DNA from: the human T2T-CHM13v2.0 reference genome, Homo sapiens
Length of the DNA stretch: 64,000 nucleotides
Direction: 5' to 3' (one strand)
Assembly (NCBI RefSeq): GCF_009914755.1
Contig: NC_060938.1
A model generated the notes under the pieces. It saw only the letters and a list, made by a program, of their open reading frames with translations. It had not been told where the DNA came from and ran no database searches. Shown piece by piece: positions 16,596 to 34,162 of this stretch (the stretch's first letter is position 1; the number at the start of each line of letters is the position of its first letter). Position numbers and translations under genes: made by a program.

Positions 16596-18230
16596 AAGTT
16601 TTCTAGAAAAATCTTAGTATACTTATATTAATATATTTTGTTTTTTATAATAAACCCAAGTTGATTATTTTGAATTCACACATGGTGGTGGTGGTGGTGG
16701 GGGGGGAGGGGGGCGGGTAATGGATTAATTGATTCAGACCAAATGTGACCCTCACCATAAAAGTGAAAGTTCAAAGCTCATAGTTCTGACAAAATTTCCT
16801 GAATCCTTGTCCTCCCAGATTCTGAAGTTTGGACTTGAGCTTTTGGGGCAGAGACTGAATTGGGCCTTATGCAACTCTTGCAATACCGATGACCTGCAAA
16901 GGACAGTATGGAAGAGATGAGCATTAGAGTTTGGATCCGGATGGGGCCAGAAATACCCTGAATTAAGAGTGGGAAGGGGGGGCCCATCAAAATCATTGAT
17001 CTTAAAAATAAGTAAGGCCTGTGGGGTGAAATTTGAAATAAAGCAGAAAGATAAGCTTCTTTGATTATTATATAACTTAAAAAAGTGTTTATCAGCTTTG
17101 AATACCCCCAAGATGGTCACAGCATTAAGCCAGTTATGGGTCATTCGTACATAAGTGTGAAATTAGTCACTCAGCTTTAACAGCTGGATGAAAAATAGGG
17201 TAGAGCCTAGGATGAGGGAATACCAGGTCTGAGTAGGTCTTCCTCCCAGAAAGGTCTCTGAGCAGGAGAAGGCATCATAATGTCTGGGCATTGGGGAGTG
17301 AATAATTAGGGGGCACACAAGAAGGGATGAAAGACACCAAAAGCAAGCTTACTCGGTTTCTTAGTTTTGCTTAAGACAGTTTCAAATAGATGGCTCCCAG
17401 CTCCGCTGTCTACTTTCCTGTACTAAATTCTTGTTGGAAACTCAGGGTAATGATGAACTAATGAACACACTATTTTCTTGATTCACTATCCAGTCGGTGA
17501 GCCTGCACCCCCGGCTTGAACAATTCTCTATGCAGAAAAATCATGAACTATAGAATGCTCAATATATAGAGTATGGGGAAAAACTATCCATCTCCATGTT
17601 AAAAAGAACGTGATGGAACCAGGTGATTTAGGGTGTTCCATAGACCCAGTCTTAAACGACAATGAATTACATTGCAAGACAGTTATTCCCCTTTCACTTT
17701 TCTTTAAGTCTTTCTGGAAAGTCCTTTGTGTTAACATGTTAGCATTTTTTAATCTATATTTTTAACAGAATGCAGGTACAGACTCTAAAAGTTCTTGAAG
17801 TTTTAGCATCTAACTAGAATTTAATACAATTATCTTCCATTTATGGTAAATGATACTTTTTCAGTTGACATTCTGATATAAACTTTGTTTCATCTGCTTG
17901 TTCTGTGCTAGTCTAGGACACTGAGGCCTTGAGAGGTTAAGTTACTTGACTAAGAAAATTAATATCTTTAAAAACCTTTCCTTTAGCCTCTCTTGACCAG
18001 AAAGAACCAGAAACTATGGATCCCTGAAAAAGTATCAGATTTCAGTGGCTCACATGTTTATAGCAGCCTTACTCACAATGGCCTATATTATTCCTGCTTC
18101 TCATCCACTGCTTCCCCGTGGCTGCTGTAACGAAATGGCGTTTGTAAGTAGCTGAACAAACAGTCCAGAACTCATAGGACAAGTGTAAGTTTCCCACTGT
18201 TGGAAATACAAAAAAACATGAGAAAGTAGT

Positions 18231-18625
18231 GTGTTAGTTCGGGTCTTCAGAGAAGCAGAAGCTAAAACAGGATTAAACATGTTAAGATTTTTTACTGGGG
18301 TAAATGCTTGTGGGAGGGAAAAACGGGGAGTGCTAGCCAGAGAGAGCATCAGACTGTGATGCCAGTGTGACCTAGAGTGAAGGGGAGAGAGAGGGAAGGG
18401 TAGAAGGGCATATCTCAGACAGCCCTGTAGTCCCAGGAAGATCCAGCAGTGCTGCTGGGCAGTTCTGGAGGGCATCTGCTGTCAGGAGTCCACGGTACTC
18501 TGCTCGGTCATTGGTGGGATCATCCTCCCGGAGGCATGGCCTCTGCAGGGCTATCTGGAGCCCTGGGTCGGTTATGCTTCCTGCAGCTTGGGGCATCTAT
18601 GAGGTCCTTTCTAGTGACCACCACA
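18231..18625 (-). mobile_element. ERVL LTR (LTR16-like)
   Basis: GTTAGTTCGGGTC...AGAAGCAGA...GGATTAAA...CAGACTGTGATGC...GAAGGGGAGAG matches the recalled LTR16 reverse consensus. Confidence 0.55.
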
Positions 18626-18759
18626 GAAAGATATGAGATAAACAAATACAGATTAATACCCACTATGTTTCAAAGCAGGGCCTATTGTGGTGGCATACCA
18701 CTTTCAGATTATCAAAACGGCAACTAGCATTTTCCAAGGACTCTGGCAAGGCCCATAAT

Positions 18760-18910
18760 GTGCATTACTCATTTAATCTTCTCATCAGCTCTGTGGGACA
18801 AGTTCTGTTTTTCTTTCCATTTCACAGATGAGGAAATCGAGGCTTAGAGAAGGTGAGTAGCTTGCTCAAGATCACCTCACCAGTAAGTGATGGAAGAGGT
18901 TTTCAAATCC
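18760..18910 (-). mobile_element. MIR SINE
   Basis: CATTTCACAGATGAGGAAATCGAGGCTTAGAGAAGGTGAGTAGCTTGCTCAAGATCAC. Confidence 0.75.
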
Positions 18911-19004
18911 CTTAATGTTGTTTCTCCTCCCCTGAAACAGGATTTGTGATCTGTTAAGTAAACCTGAATTCTGACTGCATCTCAGCTAACCTATTACCCT
19001 ACTC

Positions 19005-19316
<312 letters not shown>

Positions 19317-19570
19317 TGTTTTGTACTGTTTATTGGTTTTTGACCATCTTCTAATCAGTTCTGCAATCTAGGGAAATGCCAGAGGTCCACAGTGGCCCCA
19401 CAGACAGGTCACTAACACTCTGGAAAGGGGTGGTGTAAACCATGGGCTGAGCTTTATGCTCAATGAGGGAATTTGAGTACACTTGCACTCAGCATATTTA
19501 ATGTATGAATCTGTTAACCAAGGTTGTTATCCAGGCTCCGCTGTTTCAAATATTTAGAAAGATGACTGAG

Positions 19571-21328
<1,758 letters not shown>

Positions 21329-21749
21329 GAAAGATGACTGAGAACCCAGATTTATTTTACTTTTGAATTCCCTTAGTGTCTGCAGACAATGCAGCTGACT
21401 GCATTGCCATCTCTATAATTGGCTGTGACAGTGACCATTTACTCGTTACCTGAGTATATTTGGCTTGTCTTGAAACAAGCGGATGTTCCTGACACTTTCA
21501 GGTCCTGTCATATTTGATTTGCTCATTGATACAGTAGTTTGAATTCTTAGGCATAGTCCAGTGGGAGTTCCTGAAAAGATGGAAATACTTCCAGCCTATC
21601 TTCTTCCTCTCCCTCAAATCACTGACAGCCTTCATATGCCTATTGTGGAATATGCTGAGATTGCAGAATCACTTAGTGCCTTGATTTCAACTTCTGCAAA
21701 GTAAGGACAAAGATCTCTGTCCTTCTCAGTCCATAAAATGGCTAAGTTC

Positions 21750-22050
<301 letters not shown>

Positions 22051-22808
22051 GATGGCTAAGCTCAAAAGAGATATGAGTGGAGAAGTGCCAGGAAATGGTA
22101 AAAGCATTATTAAGATGGAAACTTCTGGGTTGGGATTATATTTTGATATATTAACCAGTGTTTTGATTTTCTCCTGATGGTTTACTTTTTCCCTATCTCC
22201 CTTGGGGAGCTGCTGTAGCACTTGAGGTGCTTATAATCTCTGAGGAAGATGTGAGCCTTCCTGGTTTTGAACTCCAAATTAACATTCAGGAGACACATTA
22301 AGAGTGAGGGCAAGGGTCTGAGGAAAGTGGGGCAGTAATGAGAAGATGACATGGAGGTGTGGGGAGTAGAGACATCACTGGTCTTGGAGTCAGGATCCTG
22401 GAGCTGGCTTCCTTGATCAGGTAGCAGAAATCCCAGGCAGGCTGAGTATCTGAGAAGTGCCCAGGACTTTGCTCTGCTTCCTGAGAAGAGCCCAACGAGG
22501 AAGTGACTGCCTGGAGGGTCTCAGTAGTCAGGGCTTGGACAAGGTTCACAAAGGCTCCTCATCCCCAGGGAGGCGCAGGGCAGCCATTGACCAAATCCCC
22601 AGCGCTGAAGACTGATTCAGAGAATACCCAAGGGAGAGGTATCAAGGCTAGAGCCTTCTCTCCACTGGCTACTGCCACCAGGGCCTTAGCACAGGGAACC
22701 CCTGCTGAGGGGTCCTCAGTTGAATAGACTGGTTGACTGAATTTGAGATCAAATTTCTTCCCTGGAGGAATGAGAGCTTACATTAGAAGTTAAACTGAAA
22801 CTGTTACA

Positions 22809-23115
22809 GGCCAGGGCAAGGTGGTTCACAGCTGTAATCCCAGCAATTTGGGAGGCTGAGGCCAGTGGATTGCTTGAGGCCAGGAGTTTGAGACGACCCT
22901 TGGCAACAGGGCAAAACCCCATCTCTACTAAAAATACAAAAATTATCTGGGTATGGTGGTGCACGCCTGTAGTTCTAGCTATTTGGGAAGCTGAGGCATG
23001 AGAATCACTTGAATCTGGGAGGCAGAGGTTGTAGTGAGCCGAGATGGTGCCACTGCACTCACTCTAGCCTGGCAACAGAATAAGACTCTACCTCAAAAAA
23101 ACAAAACAAGAAAAA
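22809..23115 (+). mobile_element. Alu
   Basis: Alu consensus. Confidence 0.93.
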
Positions 23116-23149
23116 GCAGTTAAACTAATACAAAAAATATAAAGCTGCA

Positions 23150-23611
23150 TGTCAGGCCTCTGAGCCTAAGCTAAGCCATCATATCCCCAGTGACCCGCAC
23201 GTATACATCCAGATGGCTTGAAGCAACTGAAGATCCATAAAAAAAGTGAAAATAGCCTTAACTGATGACATTTCACCATTGTGATTTATTTCTGCCACAA
23301 CCTAACTGATCAATGTACTTTGTAATCTCCCTCACCCTTAGGAAGGTTCTTTATAATCTCCCCCACCCATAAGAAGGTTCTTTGTAATTCTCCCCACCCT
23401 TGAGAATGTACTTTGTGAGATCCACTCCTGCCCCCAAAACATTGCTCCTAACTCCACCGCCTATCCCCAAACCTGTAAGAACTAATGATAATCCCACCAC
23501 CCTTTGCTGACTCCTTTTTCAGACTCAGCCCACCTGTACCCAGGTGAAATAAACAGCCTTGTTGCTCACACAAAGCCTGTTTGTGGTCTCTTCACACAGA
23601 CACATGAAACA
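23150..23611 (+). mobile_element. HERV-H solo LTR (LTR7 family, probably LTR7B)
   Basis: TGTCAGGCCTCTGAGCC...GAAATAAACAGCCTTGTTGCTCACACAAAGCCTG...AACA; 5-bp TSD CTGCA at 23145-23149 and 23612-23616. Confidence 0.92.
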
Positions 23612-23714
23612 CTGCATTCCTTGCACATCTGAGTTTATACGCTGTTTGTATTTGCATTGCCCACTGGAGTTATTACTAATGCAATAAGACATGTTCCAGA
23701 AAAAGCTTTCACCT

Positions 23715-24015
<301 letters not shown>

Positions 24016-26586
24016 AAGCTTTCACCTTTGTATGGGAGCAAATGAGGAGAGTAATTCTGGACAATTTTGCAAAGAGATATGAACAAATCCTGACCAAGGA
24101 AAGGAAGTGAAAAGTGTGCTAAGCACAGGGTTTCAGCAGATAATCATGATGCAATGTGCACAAGGGACAGCCTCTTTGCTGCCTTGTCTCAGGGTCTTTG
24201 TAATGCAAACCCTCCATTGAGCCCACATTTTGACTTGCCCTTTGTACATGATTGATTAATTGCAGGCTTTAACTATATAAAACATATAGGCTTCTATAAA
24301 AAATATTATTGAATTTTAGAGTTTTGTTCCCTTATGGGGGTAAACCTAAGGAATCACAAACCCCAAATTCTCAAATGCCAAATACTTTAACTTCTCTAAG
24401 CTGTTTATCCATCGTTAAAGTTCTAACTAGTAAGGTGCTTAGATAGTGAAGGATAACACGTGTTAGCTTAAAACATATAGAAATGCCGGAAGAAAATAAC
24501 TTCCCTTTCACTTAATATTTCCTAGGATGGAGGCTGGGAGTCTGAGGATATACTGTAGGCTGATCTCATATACAAATGAGGGCTTTTCTTTTTGCATTTC
24601 TTGTATTAAATAGATTATAGTTCATTGAGCATAGCTTTGCATAGCATAACCTACCTCTGTTTTTCAAATTCAATGTTTCTAATTTATTGATTTATTAGGA
24701 AAATATTTGTTAAGTACCTACTATGAGTCCAGCATTGTGCTGGACACTTAACAGTGAACCAAACTGACTGTAGAATAACAAAACACCTTGTCTCCCCAGG
24801 ATCCTATCTTCTGAGAACCACCTCTTCTCTTTATTTTCCTGCTTCTGGTCTTACCTTTAAGTACAAGTCCCTATACTTACTGCAGGAATGGCTGTTTTAC
24901 ACCCTGACCCAGTTTTTACAACCATGACTATAGGACTCCTGTAGGGTCATGAAAGAAGAACTGGGCATTAGCCAACTTGGGATATCAACAATGCGATCAT
25001 TGAATGGGTACTCACTGTGTACAAGGTACTGTGCTCGCTGCCAATGGTAAAACAATTCAGTTCATGGCATCTGCCTTACCCAGAACCTTTAAACTACTTC
25101 AAGGCACCATATTCGCATTAAGGTACAAGGCAGACTATGCTAAAGAAAAAACAAGTAGCCCAGATCTTAGGTGGTATCTGAGGTCACAGGAAGAAAAGAA
25201 CATCTTGCATTTGTCTAGAAACCAAATGATAACAGCCATTTCTCTATCTTCCTAGAAGTTCCATTTCCTTCTCCACCTCATTGAATGATAGTTTCTCAGT
25301 CATTGAGTCATAATACGTTTCCAGCTTAAGATGAAAATGTAAAATTTCTCCCCACTCAGAATTTTCATTTTATGTTTTTTAGGGAGTTGATGTGTGAATT
25401 GCAGAGACAGGCTGATACCAGCAGGTGGAAGAATTCACCATTTGAACTCCACATCATAGGCTAGTGAATGGTTCAGCAGGATGTGACTGCAATTTTAATC
25501 ACTGCTTCATTTCCCTTTCTTTGTTCCAGATATTTATGCACCAAAACCCTGTGAGAAAATGACCCATAATCTGAAGAAGATAAATAAAAATGGATTATTT
25601 TTATCACTCTAGACAGAGCATAAAGAGATGGCATTTTCTCCATTTTAAAGTCTTAGATGTAAATACACTGAAATCCAAAGAAAAAAATTATTCTGATAAA
25701 TTGGAGAAATTTAAAAATTATAAAAAAGTATGGGGTTTCAACATTCTTATGATAGATTTAAAGAACACTCAAAGTTTGATGTGCTGGTGGCTTGGGCCTC
25801 CCAGTGTACCACATGAGCTTACAGGATTAGGGTCGTGAAGTAGAGGGAGCGGTGCTGGGGTCCAGCACAGGGTTTCAGGCCTGTCTGGGCACACCTGTGA
25901 ACTGGTAAGACAGGCCTGGGCGAACTCTATGTGCCTAGGGGAGGTGGAGCCATCTGGGAAAGATGTCAGATCACACCCCCTGCTGGGATTTAGATGTATG
26001 CGGACATGTCTAGCAAGCTGTGAGGGCTGAGAAGCTTCCTGGGTGAGAACTCACCCTAAGGGCAGGAGTCTGCTGATTCACTTCACCCAGGAAGAAGCCT
26101 TAGTTGTCAGAGGGGAGCAGTAAGTCTGACTATGGCATGGTAGCAGTTTCTGGATTCTGTTCCCTGGTCCAGCTACCTAGAAGCCTGTATACCCTGTGGA
26201 TGTAGAGGGCTGTCAGCAAACCCTGAAAGAATTTTCTCACCAAGCTTTGTAGAAAATACTCAGACTCAGAAACAGCATCATACCTTCTAACTGGAAGAAG
26301 TGAGTCATTCTCTTGTATCTTAGAGGAGGATCTGGATGAACTGTGATGACCAGTGGGGCAGGGCGTGGCCAGCAGGACTGGGAGCAGCACATGGAGACAC
26401 CTCCTGGAGACTCCTAGAAATACAGGACATGATAGTTGGAGGTTTGGTGAGACAAATGGGAGTGAGAACTACTGGCATTTGTGTTGGAGTTAATGGAATG
26501 CCCTCTGATTCAAAGACTCAGGGGAACTGGAGAGGTATGCATCTCTCTTTCACACATATTCACCACATATGCACATCTCACATCTC

Positions 26587-26601
26587 ATATATGTGTGTAT
26601 A

Positions 26602-26654
<53 letters not shown>
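26587..26654. repeat. (TG)/(TA)n microsatellite
   Basis: About 22 TA units preceded by TG units. Confidence 0.95.
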
Positions 26655-26657
<3 letters not shown>

Positions 26658-26697
26658 AAGTTATCAGAGTTTTCAAACATTTACTAAAAGAACTTTA

Positions 26698-27737
26698 TTT
26701 TTTTTTCCCAAGGCAGAAGAATTTTTCTTAGTACAGAACAAAATAGAGTCTCCTCTGTCTACTTCTTTCTACACAGACACAGTAACAATCTGATTTATCT
26801 TTCTTTTCCCCACATTTCCCCCTTTTCTATTCGACAAAACCGCCATCGTCATCCTGGCCCGTTCTCAATGAGCTGTTGGGTACACCTCCCAGACGGGGTG
26901 GCAGCCGGGCAGAGGCGCCCCCCACCTCCCAGACGGGGCGTCGGCCGGGCGGAGTTGCCCCCCACCTCCCGGACGGGGCGGCTGCCGGGCGGAGACTCTC
27001 CTCACTTCCCAGATGGGGTGGCTGCCGGGCGGGGGGGCTCCTCACTTCTCAGACAGGGCGGCCGGGCAGAGACGCTCCTCACCTCCCAGACGGGGTGGCG
27101 GTCGGGCAGAGACACTCCTCAGTTCCCAGACGGGGTCGTGGCGGGGCAGAGGCGCTCCCCACATCCCAGACGATGGGTGGCGGGGCAGAGGCGCTCCCCA
27201 CATCTCAGACGATGGGTGGCCGGGCAGAGACGCTCCTCACTTCCCAGACGGGGTGGCGGCCGGGCAGAGGCTGCAATCTCGGCACTTTGGGAGGCCAAGG
27301 CAGGCGGCTGGGAGGTGAAGGTTGTAGCGAGCCGAGATCACGCCACTGCACTCCAGCCTGGGCAACATTGAGCACTGAGTGAGCGAGACTCAGTCTGCAA
27401 TCCCGGCACCTCGGGAGGCTGAGGCGGGCAGATCACTCGCGGTCAGGAGCTGGAGACCAGCCCGGCCAACACCGCGAAACCCCGTCTCCACCAAAAAATA
27501 CAAAAACCAGTCAGGCGTGGCGGCGCGCGCCTGCAATCCCAGGCACTCGGCAGGCTGAGGCAGGAGAATCAGGCAGGGAGGTTGCAGTGAGCAGAGATGG
27601 CGGCAGTACAGTCCAGCCTCGGCTCGGCATCAGAGGGAGACTGTGGAGAGAGAGGGAGAGGGAGAGGGAGACCGTGGAGAAAGAGGGAGAGGGAGACCGT
27701 GGGCAGGGAGAGGGAGAGGGAGAGGGAGAGGGAGAGG
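26698..27737 (-). mobile_element. SVA (older A/B-like), 5'-complete and 3'-truncated in SINE-R
   Basis: Contains (CCCTCT)n hexamer, Alu-like segment, GC-rich VNTR, partial SINE-R and A tail. 14-bp TSD CTAAAAGAACTTTA at 26684-26697 and 27738-27751. Confidence 0.95.
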
Positions 27738-27829
27738 CTAAAAGAACTTTAATAAATGATGTCTTTTTATGTGTAAGCTCTTTGTAAACCCTCTTTTTTG
27801 GAGAGGGTAATATTTTTCTATCAGTAAAA

Positions 27830-28880
<1,051 letters not shown>

Positions 28881-29992
28881 ATATATAAGTTTTAATGCAT
28901 TTTCTTCTGTATGTGAAAAATGTTGTTTGGGTACAGATGTACTGTTCTTTAGAAGTAAAGTATTTGAAGTAATGAAGAAAGTGAATTTGACTAGAAATCC
29001 AGAAAGAAAGAGGGATGACATTATTTAGAGTAGCTGGGTACTGATAATTTTATTTATGTATTTATGTTATTTATTAATGTCGAATCTTGATTAGTTATCA
29101 TAAGTTATAATAAGTGGTAACAATATAAACCATTTCATTGCTCATGACAGATATAAAAACTTGCAGGATAGTTTTTTACTGCTATCTAGAATCTTTTTAG
29201 AATGCCTCATCCTGCAAACTAATTATTAATATTAACCACAGGACAATAGGCTTGGAAAGTAATTTTTAATTAAAAAATTTTCTTCCTATCTGTGCAGATG
29301 GTTAAAAGCTGATTGTGGCACTCATAGTTTGTAGCCATTACCACTAGAAACCAGGAAAAATCAGTGAATCTTCTAATTTTTTATTTAATAAGTTGGCAAG
29401 TTTGTTGTAAGCATTGACCACCGTGTTTCATGAGCTTAAGCTATGAAGACTGTATGAAAAGGAGCAACACTAAGTCTGGGTCCTAAGAAACAAACGCTTT
29501 GTGATGTGGGCCTCACTCAGAATGTCTGTGGCTAAAAATATCCCTGGGGGGTCAAAGTTATCCAGTGGATCTTGGCTCAACCTTGCGGATTGGGCATCTA
29601 ATCTGCAGGAGCATCGTTTAGCAGATTTGTTGGAAACTAATATTTGTTTTACTTATTTTCTAATAATAAAAATAGAATGTGTTTATTCTAGAAAATTTGG
29701 AAAGCATATACAAATAGAAATAAAAATTATACGTAATAACATCATCCCTTCTTAATATTTTGGAGTATTTTTTTCAGTTTTTAAAGCACCCCTTTTTTTT
29801 TAAACAGCTCATTTGTTCAACACATATGTTTCTGAGAACTTCTTGTGTATAGATGGCAAAACTGAACAGAACCAGAAATCCTGCAGTCCTTTATAGGGTC
29901 TCCAAGACCATAACTTATACAACAGAATCCAGAACAACTCTAAGGTCAGTGGTGGTGATGGAGAAGCTGCAGAGGGGGATCTCTGGGTGACT

Positions 29993-30515
29993 GTAATGAA
30001 AAAGAGCTAACATAGCAGCCCCGAGACAGCAGACCTCAGAAAGGCCTACTTGCAAGAGTTGACCCACGGCTAGCATCTGGGAACTTGGCTTTCAGGAGTC
30101 TTCCTACCATTCCGTAATTGATAAGGATGGTTTACTGTGCCTAGACTGTTTGTACAAACAATATGGTTTATGCTGAATACCACTGTCCTGCTGGAAGTCT
30201 GAAATTTTATATGTGCTAGGCAGAGGGTTTCTATGACCAGTCCCCAATAAAAACCGTAGGCTCTGTTAAGTGCATCCTGTGCCATTTTACTGGGAGGACC
30301 CTGGAAGCTTATGTCTGGTTTCCTTTGGGCTTTGCCCCATGTGCTGATTTTGCTTTGTAGCTGATTTTGCTTTGTATCTGATTTTGCTTTTGCTGGTTTT
30401 GCTTTGTGTCCTCTCGCTGCAAGAAACTGTAACTGTGAATACATTTACTTCTGAGTCCTTTGAATCCTTCTAGCAAATCACTAAACATGAGGGTGGTCTT
30501 GGGGGCCCTTGAAAT
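29993..30515 (+). mobile_element. ERVL LTR (MER68/MER77-like) with an internal (CTGATTTTGCTTTGTA)n expansion
   Basis: AAAGAGCTAACATAGCAG...AGAAAGGCCTACTTGCAAG...CTGGGAACTTGG; 3' end CCTTCTAGCAAATCACTAAAC...GGTGGTCTTGGGG. Confidence 0.6.
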
Positions 30516-30751
30516 GATGACCCACTAGGAAATTAAGTTACCAGATGAGTCATTACCTCTACTTTCACAAAGGCCCTTAGGATAAAGTTGGGCATATAAC
30601 TCTTTGAGTAGGAGAAATATTAGAGGAAATGTGTTGTTTGGGCATTGGTTTATTCACAATCAACTCTGCCCATATTGGCTTACTCACCAATCCCCAAATC
30701 ACTTAGTCTCAATCATACAAGCACTTTTCACTTAAGACTGACACTGGTTTA

Positions 30752-31066
30752 GGCTGGGCGCAGTGGCTCATGCCTGTAATCCCAGCACTTTGGGAGGCTA
30801 AGGCTGGCAGATCATGAGGTCAGGAGTTCGAGACCAGCCTGGCCAACATGGGGAAACCCCGTGTCTACTAAAAATACAAAAATTAGCCGGGCGTGGTGGT
30901 GCACACCTGTAGTTCCAACTACTCAGGAAGCTGAGGCGGAAGAATCGCTTGAACCCAGGAGGCGGAGGTTGCAGGTGAGCCGAGATCGCACCACTGTACT
31001 CCAGCCTGGGTGACAGAGCCAGATTCCATCTAAAAATAAATAAATTAATAAATAAAATTAAAAAAA
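30752..31066 (+). mobile_element. Alu (Sg-like)
   Basis: Alu consensus; TSD AAGACTGACA(C/T)TGGT. Confidence 0.95.
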
Positions 31067-31395
31067 GACTGACATTGGTCTATATAAATTAAAGAAGCCT
31101 TTTCAAAAACTTGGCAAGGAGGGAGGTAAGGGAAGAGAATAATCTCACAGAGCAGGAAATGCCTTAAAATTGGATATCAGACATCCTTGCACCCAAAGTC
31201 CATTAGACAAACACTGTCCAAGGGAATTCATTACTGGCTGTTTCTTTCCTTGGGTCTTACTCTGCTTCCATGTTTCTGCTGACCATTGTTTTGGAGCAGA
31301 ATGGCTTTTACCATGTCCTCTTGTCTTGAGAACTCCAACTGCAATCTCTGAGCTTGGCAGGAGCAAAAAGGAGTACCTTAAAATGAAACCAACCA

Positions 31396-31750
<355 letters not shown>

Positions 31751-32429
31751 TTACTGCACAGAAAAATTTAGTTCCACATTATCTCAGTCATCTCTGCTGA
31801 GCTGGGCTGGAGTTTTCCTTTTGCATAATCAGAGGTTCCATTAAAACATTTTAAAAACAAAAGCAGGCAGGGAGAAGAAAATAAGCAGTTTTTTTTCTGA
31901 AAACCCCCTTCTAGTGTTCTCAATGCAGCAATGGCTGGAACTTAAAAATTCCCATCCTTCTAGCCATTTTACTCTCAACTCCCCTCTTTTGTTCTGCTAC
32001 ACCGAGAAGCATAATTTTTGTCCTCAAGAATGTGAGCAAAATGCCCTGAACATGGCTGACCTTTGAAGATCTTGCATTTCAGCCCTCAGATGCAGCAGGC
32101 ACGGTGTATCCACTTCCTCCAGCCATGGTGTCACGGAGAGGGACAGTCTTCACTGGATATGAAAAGAGAAGGCAGGGTGCCCTCTTGGCTGCAACAGATA
32201 TTCTCATAGCTGCCTGGGTATTATTTTGTGCAGGTCTACATTTCTGAGCTGGCTGCTGATACTGGAGTGACCCAAGCTCCCTTTTCTCTCCTTCCCAGGT
32301 GACCATGCTTCTCTGTCCCAGAGGGTGCAGCCTGTTTATTTCAACAAATTCCCTTTGCACACAGTTCTGTTTCGCAGTCCAGTCTCCTTTATGCTGACAT
32401 TGATCTAAATGCTTTTTAGGCACTAGTAG

Positions 32430-33160
32430 GGACATAAGTGACTTTATTTTAAATGCTAATCTGCTGACTAACCCCAAGTCTGGGAATGCCTCCAAAATGT
32501 CTAGGTGATGTATTACTGTTTATGTAGGAACAGTTATTCATTGTAAGTTTCCCTCAAAACAACCCTTGATAATGTTGTAGAAATCATAGGCTGTGATGCT
32601 TATAGCCACCTACATATTCCTTCCAGAGTATAGATACTTTTTCCTCAAGATACACATCCTGGGTCTGGGCGATTGCAGTGCAGAGATTTACCTGTCTTGT
32701 AGCCAGCTGCCTAAGACCAAGCTTCTGTTTGTAAGTTCCCCCCAATAAATCAATTTATTTTATTTTTATTTTTTGAGACAGAGTCTCACTTCATCACCCA
32801 GGCTGGAGAGCAGTGGTGCGATCGCAGCTCACTGCCACCTCCGCCTCCTAGGTTCAAGCAATTCTCCTGCTTCAGCCTTCTGAGTAGCTGGGACTACAGG
32901 CACATGCCATCATGCCCGGCTAATTTTTTTATCTTTATAGAGATGGGGTTTCCCCATGTTGGCCATGCTGGTCTCAAACTCCTGACCTCAAGTGATCTGC
33001 CCACCTCGGCCTCCCAAAGTGCTGGATTACAGGCGTGAGCCACCATACCCAGCCCCCAATAAATCACTTTATATCAACAGACTGAATTTGTCTGCCTCAT
33101 TCTTTGGTGTCTTGGCTCCTTTGGCATTTGGGGTCCACTTTGCATTTATGACCCTTTCAT
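32430..33160 (+). mobile_element. ERV LTR fragment (LTR47-like) split by a minus-strand Alu (32755-33054)
   Basis: LTR-like sequence with AATAAA; the Alu TSD CCCAATAAATCA duplicates the polyA signal. Confidence 0.5.
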
Positions 33161-34162
33161 GTATGCCCTGTCAAATGGTTGACAGGATTTCTAATGCTAT
33201 TGAAACTTCTAAATTTTAAGAAGCTCAAATGGGTTTCTTAGTGGGAAGTTGTAAGAAATTGTATTAGAGATTATTACCTTGATCAGCAATGGCCTGAACA
33301 TTGAAGACTGGGAGATTTAATTGAGGAAACAGAAAAGAGATTGAGCTGAGGATGGCTCTGGAGGCATGGGGTAAGCTGCAGTATCGGAAGCTTTCCACAC
33401 TTCGGATACTGTATTCCTGGTGAGAATTTTCGGGCACAGAAAGTAAAGTGAGGGGGTGCCAGAGAGGCACCTGGCTTACTTGAGAGCTTTGCCTGAGGTT
33501 GGCCTTGTTCACTGTCCTCCAGGACACTTGGTGGGGACTAAGACCCTACTCAGAAGAGTCTCTTTTATACCATCTTGGTGATCCTCTGGGAGGGCCAGGG
33601 CCAGCTTGCAGGGAGACCAGTTCTCTATCAAAATTTCTTCAGGTCCTGGACATAAACCATTTCAATCTATTCCAGCAAATGGGGGAGAAAGACTGACTTC
33701 CCTCTCCTCCAATGCCACTCTTTGATCCCAGTTGATAACATCTTCTTTAAGCCATACATGCCAGTGTAGTGAGCAGATGGAGCTGAGAAGCATTGCTCAG
33801 TATTTAGTATTAGAGGTGTGTGCATGGGCAGTTGTGGTTGGTTTGTTCACGTGCACATGGAACAGCTTACAGGGAACAATAGGTGCATGGAGTCATATTG
33901 AAGAAGACATGGTCTCTGCCTCCAGGTAATGCATATTCACATAAATTACTGCTAAACACAATTTAAAACTTGAAAATCATTCAAATCTATGTTTGAGGAC
34001 CCACAAAATACACACAAAACTGGAATTTTAATTTGTTACTCCAAATCCCAAGTGGAACAGCTTTGCATATGAGGACGGAAGGGAGTTGAGCAGCTCGCTG
34101 GGGAATGTGTGGATTCGTGCTTCTCTGCTATGTGGAAAGTATGGTTAAGAGTGAAGGCCCCA

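Noticed and set aside
26827-27382. GC-rich tandem repeats with ORFs that look superficially like a CRISPR array
   Set aside because: SVA VNTR: degenerate tandem units without unique spacers, in a eukaryotic context.
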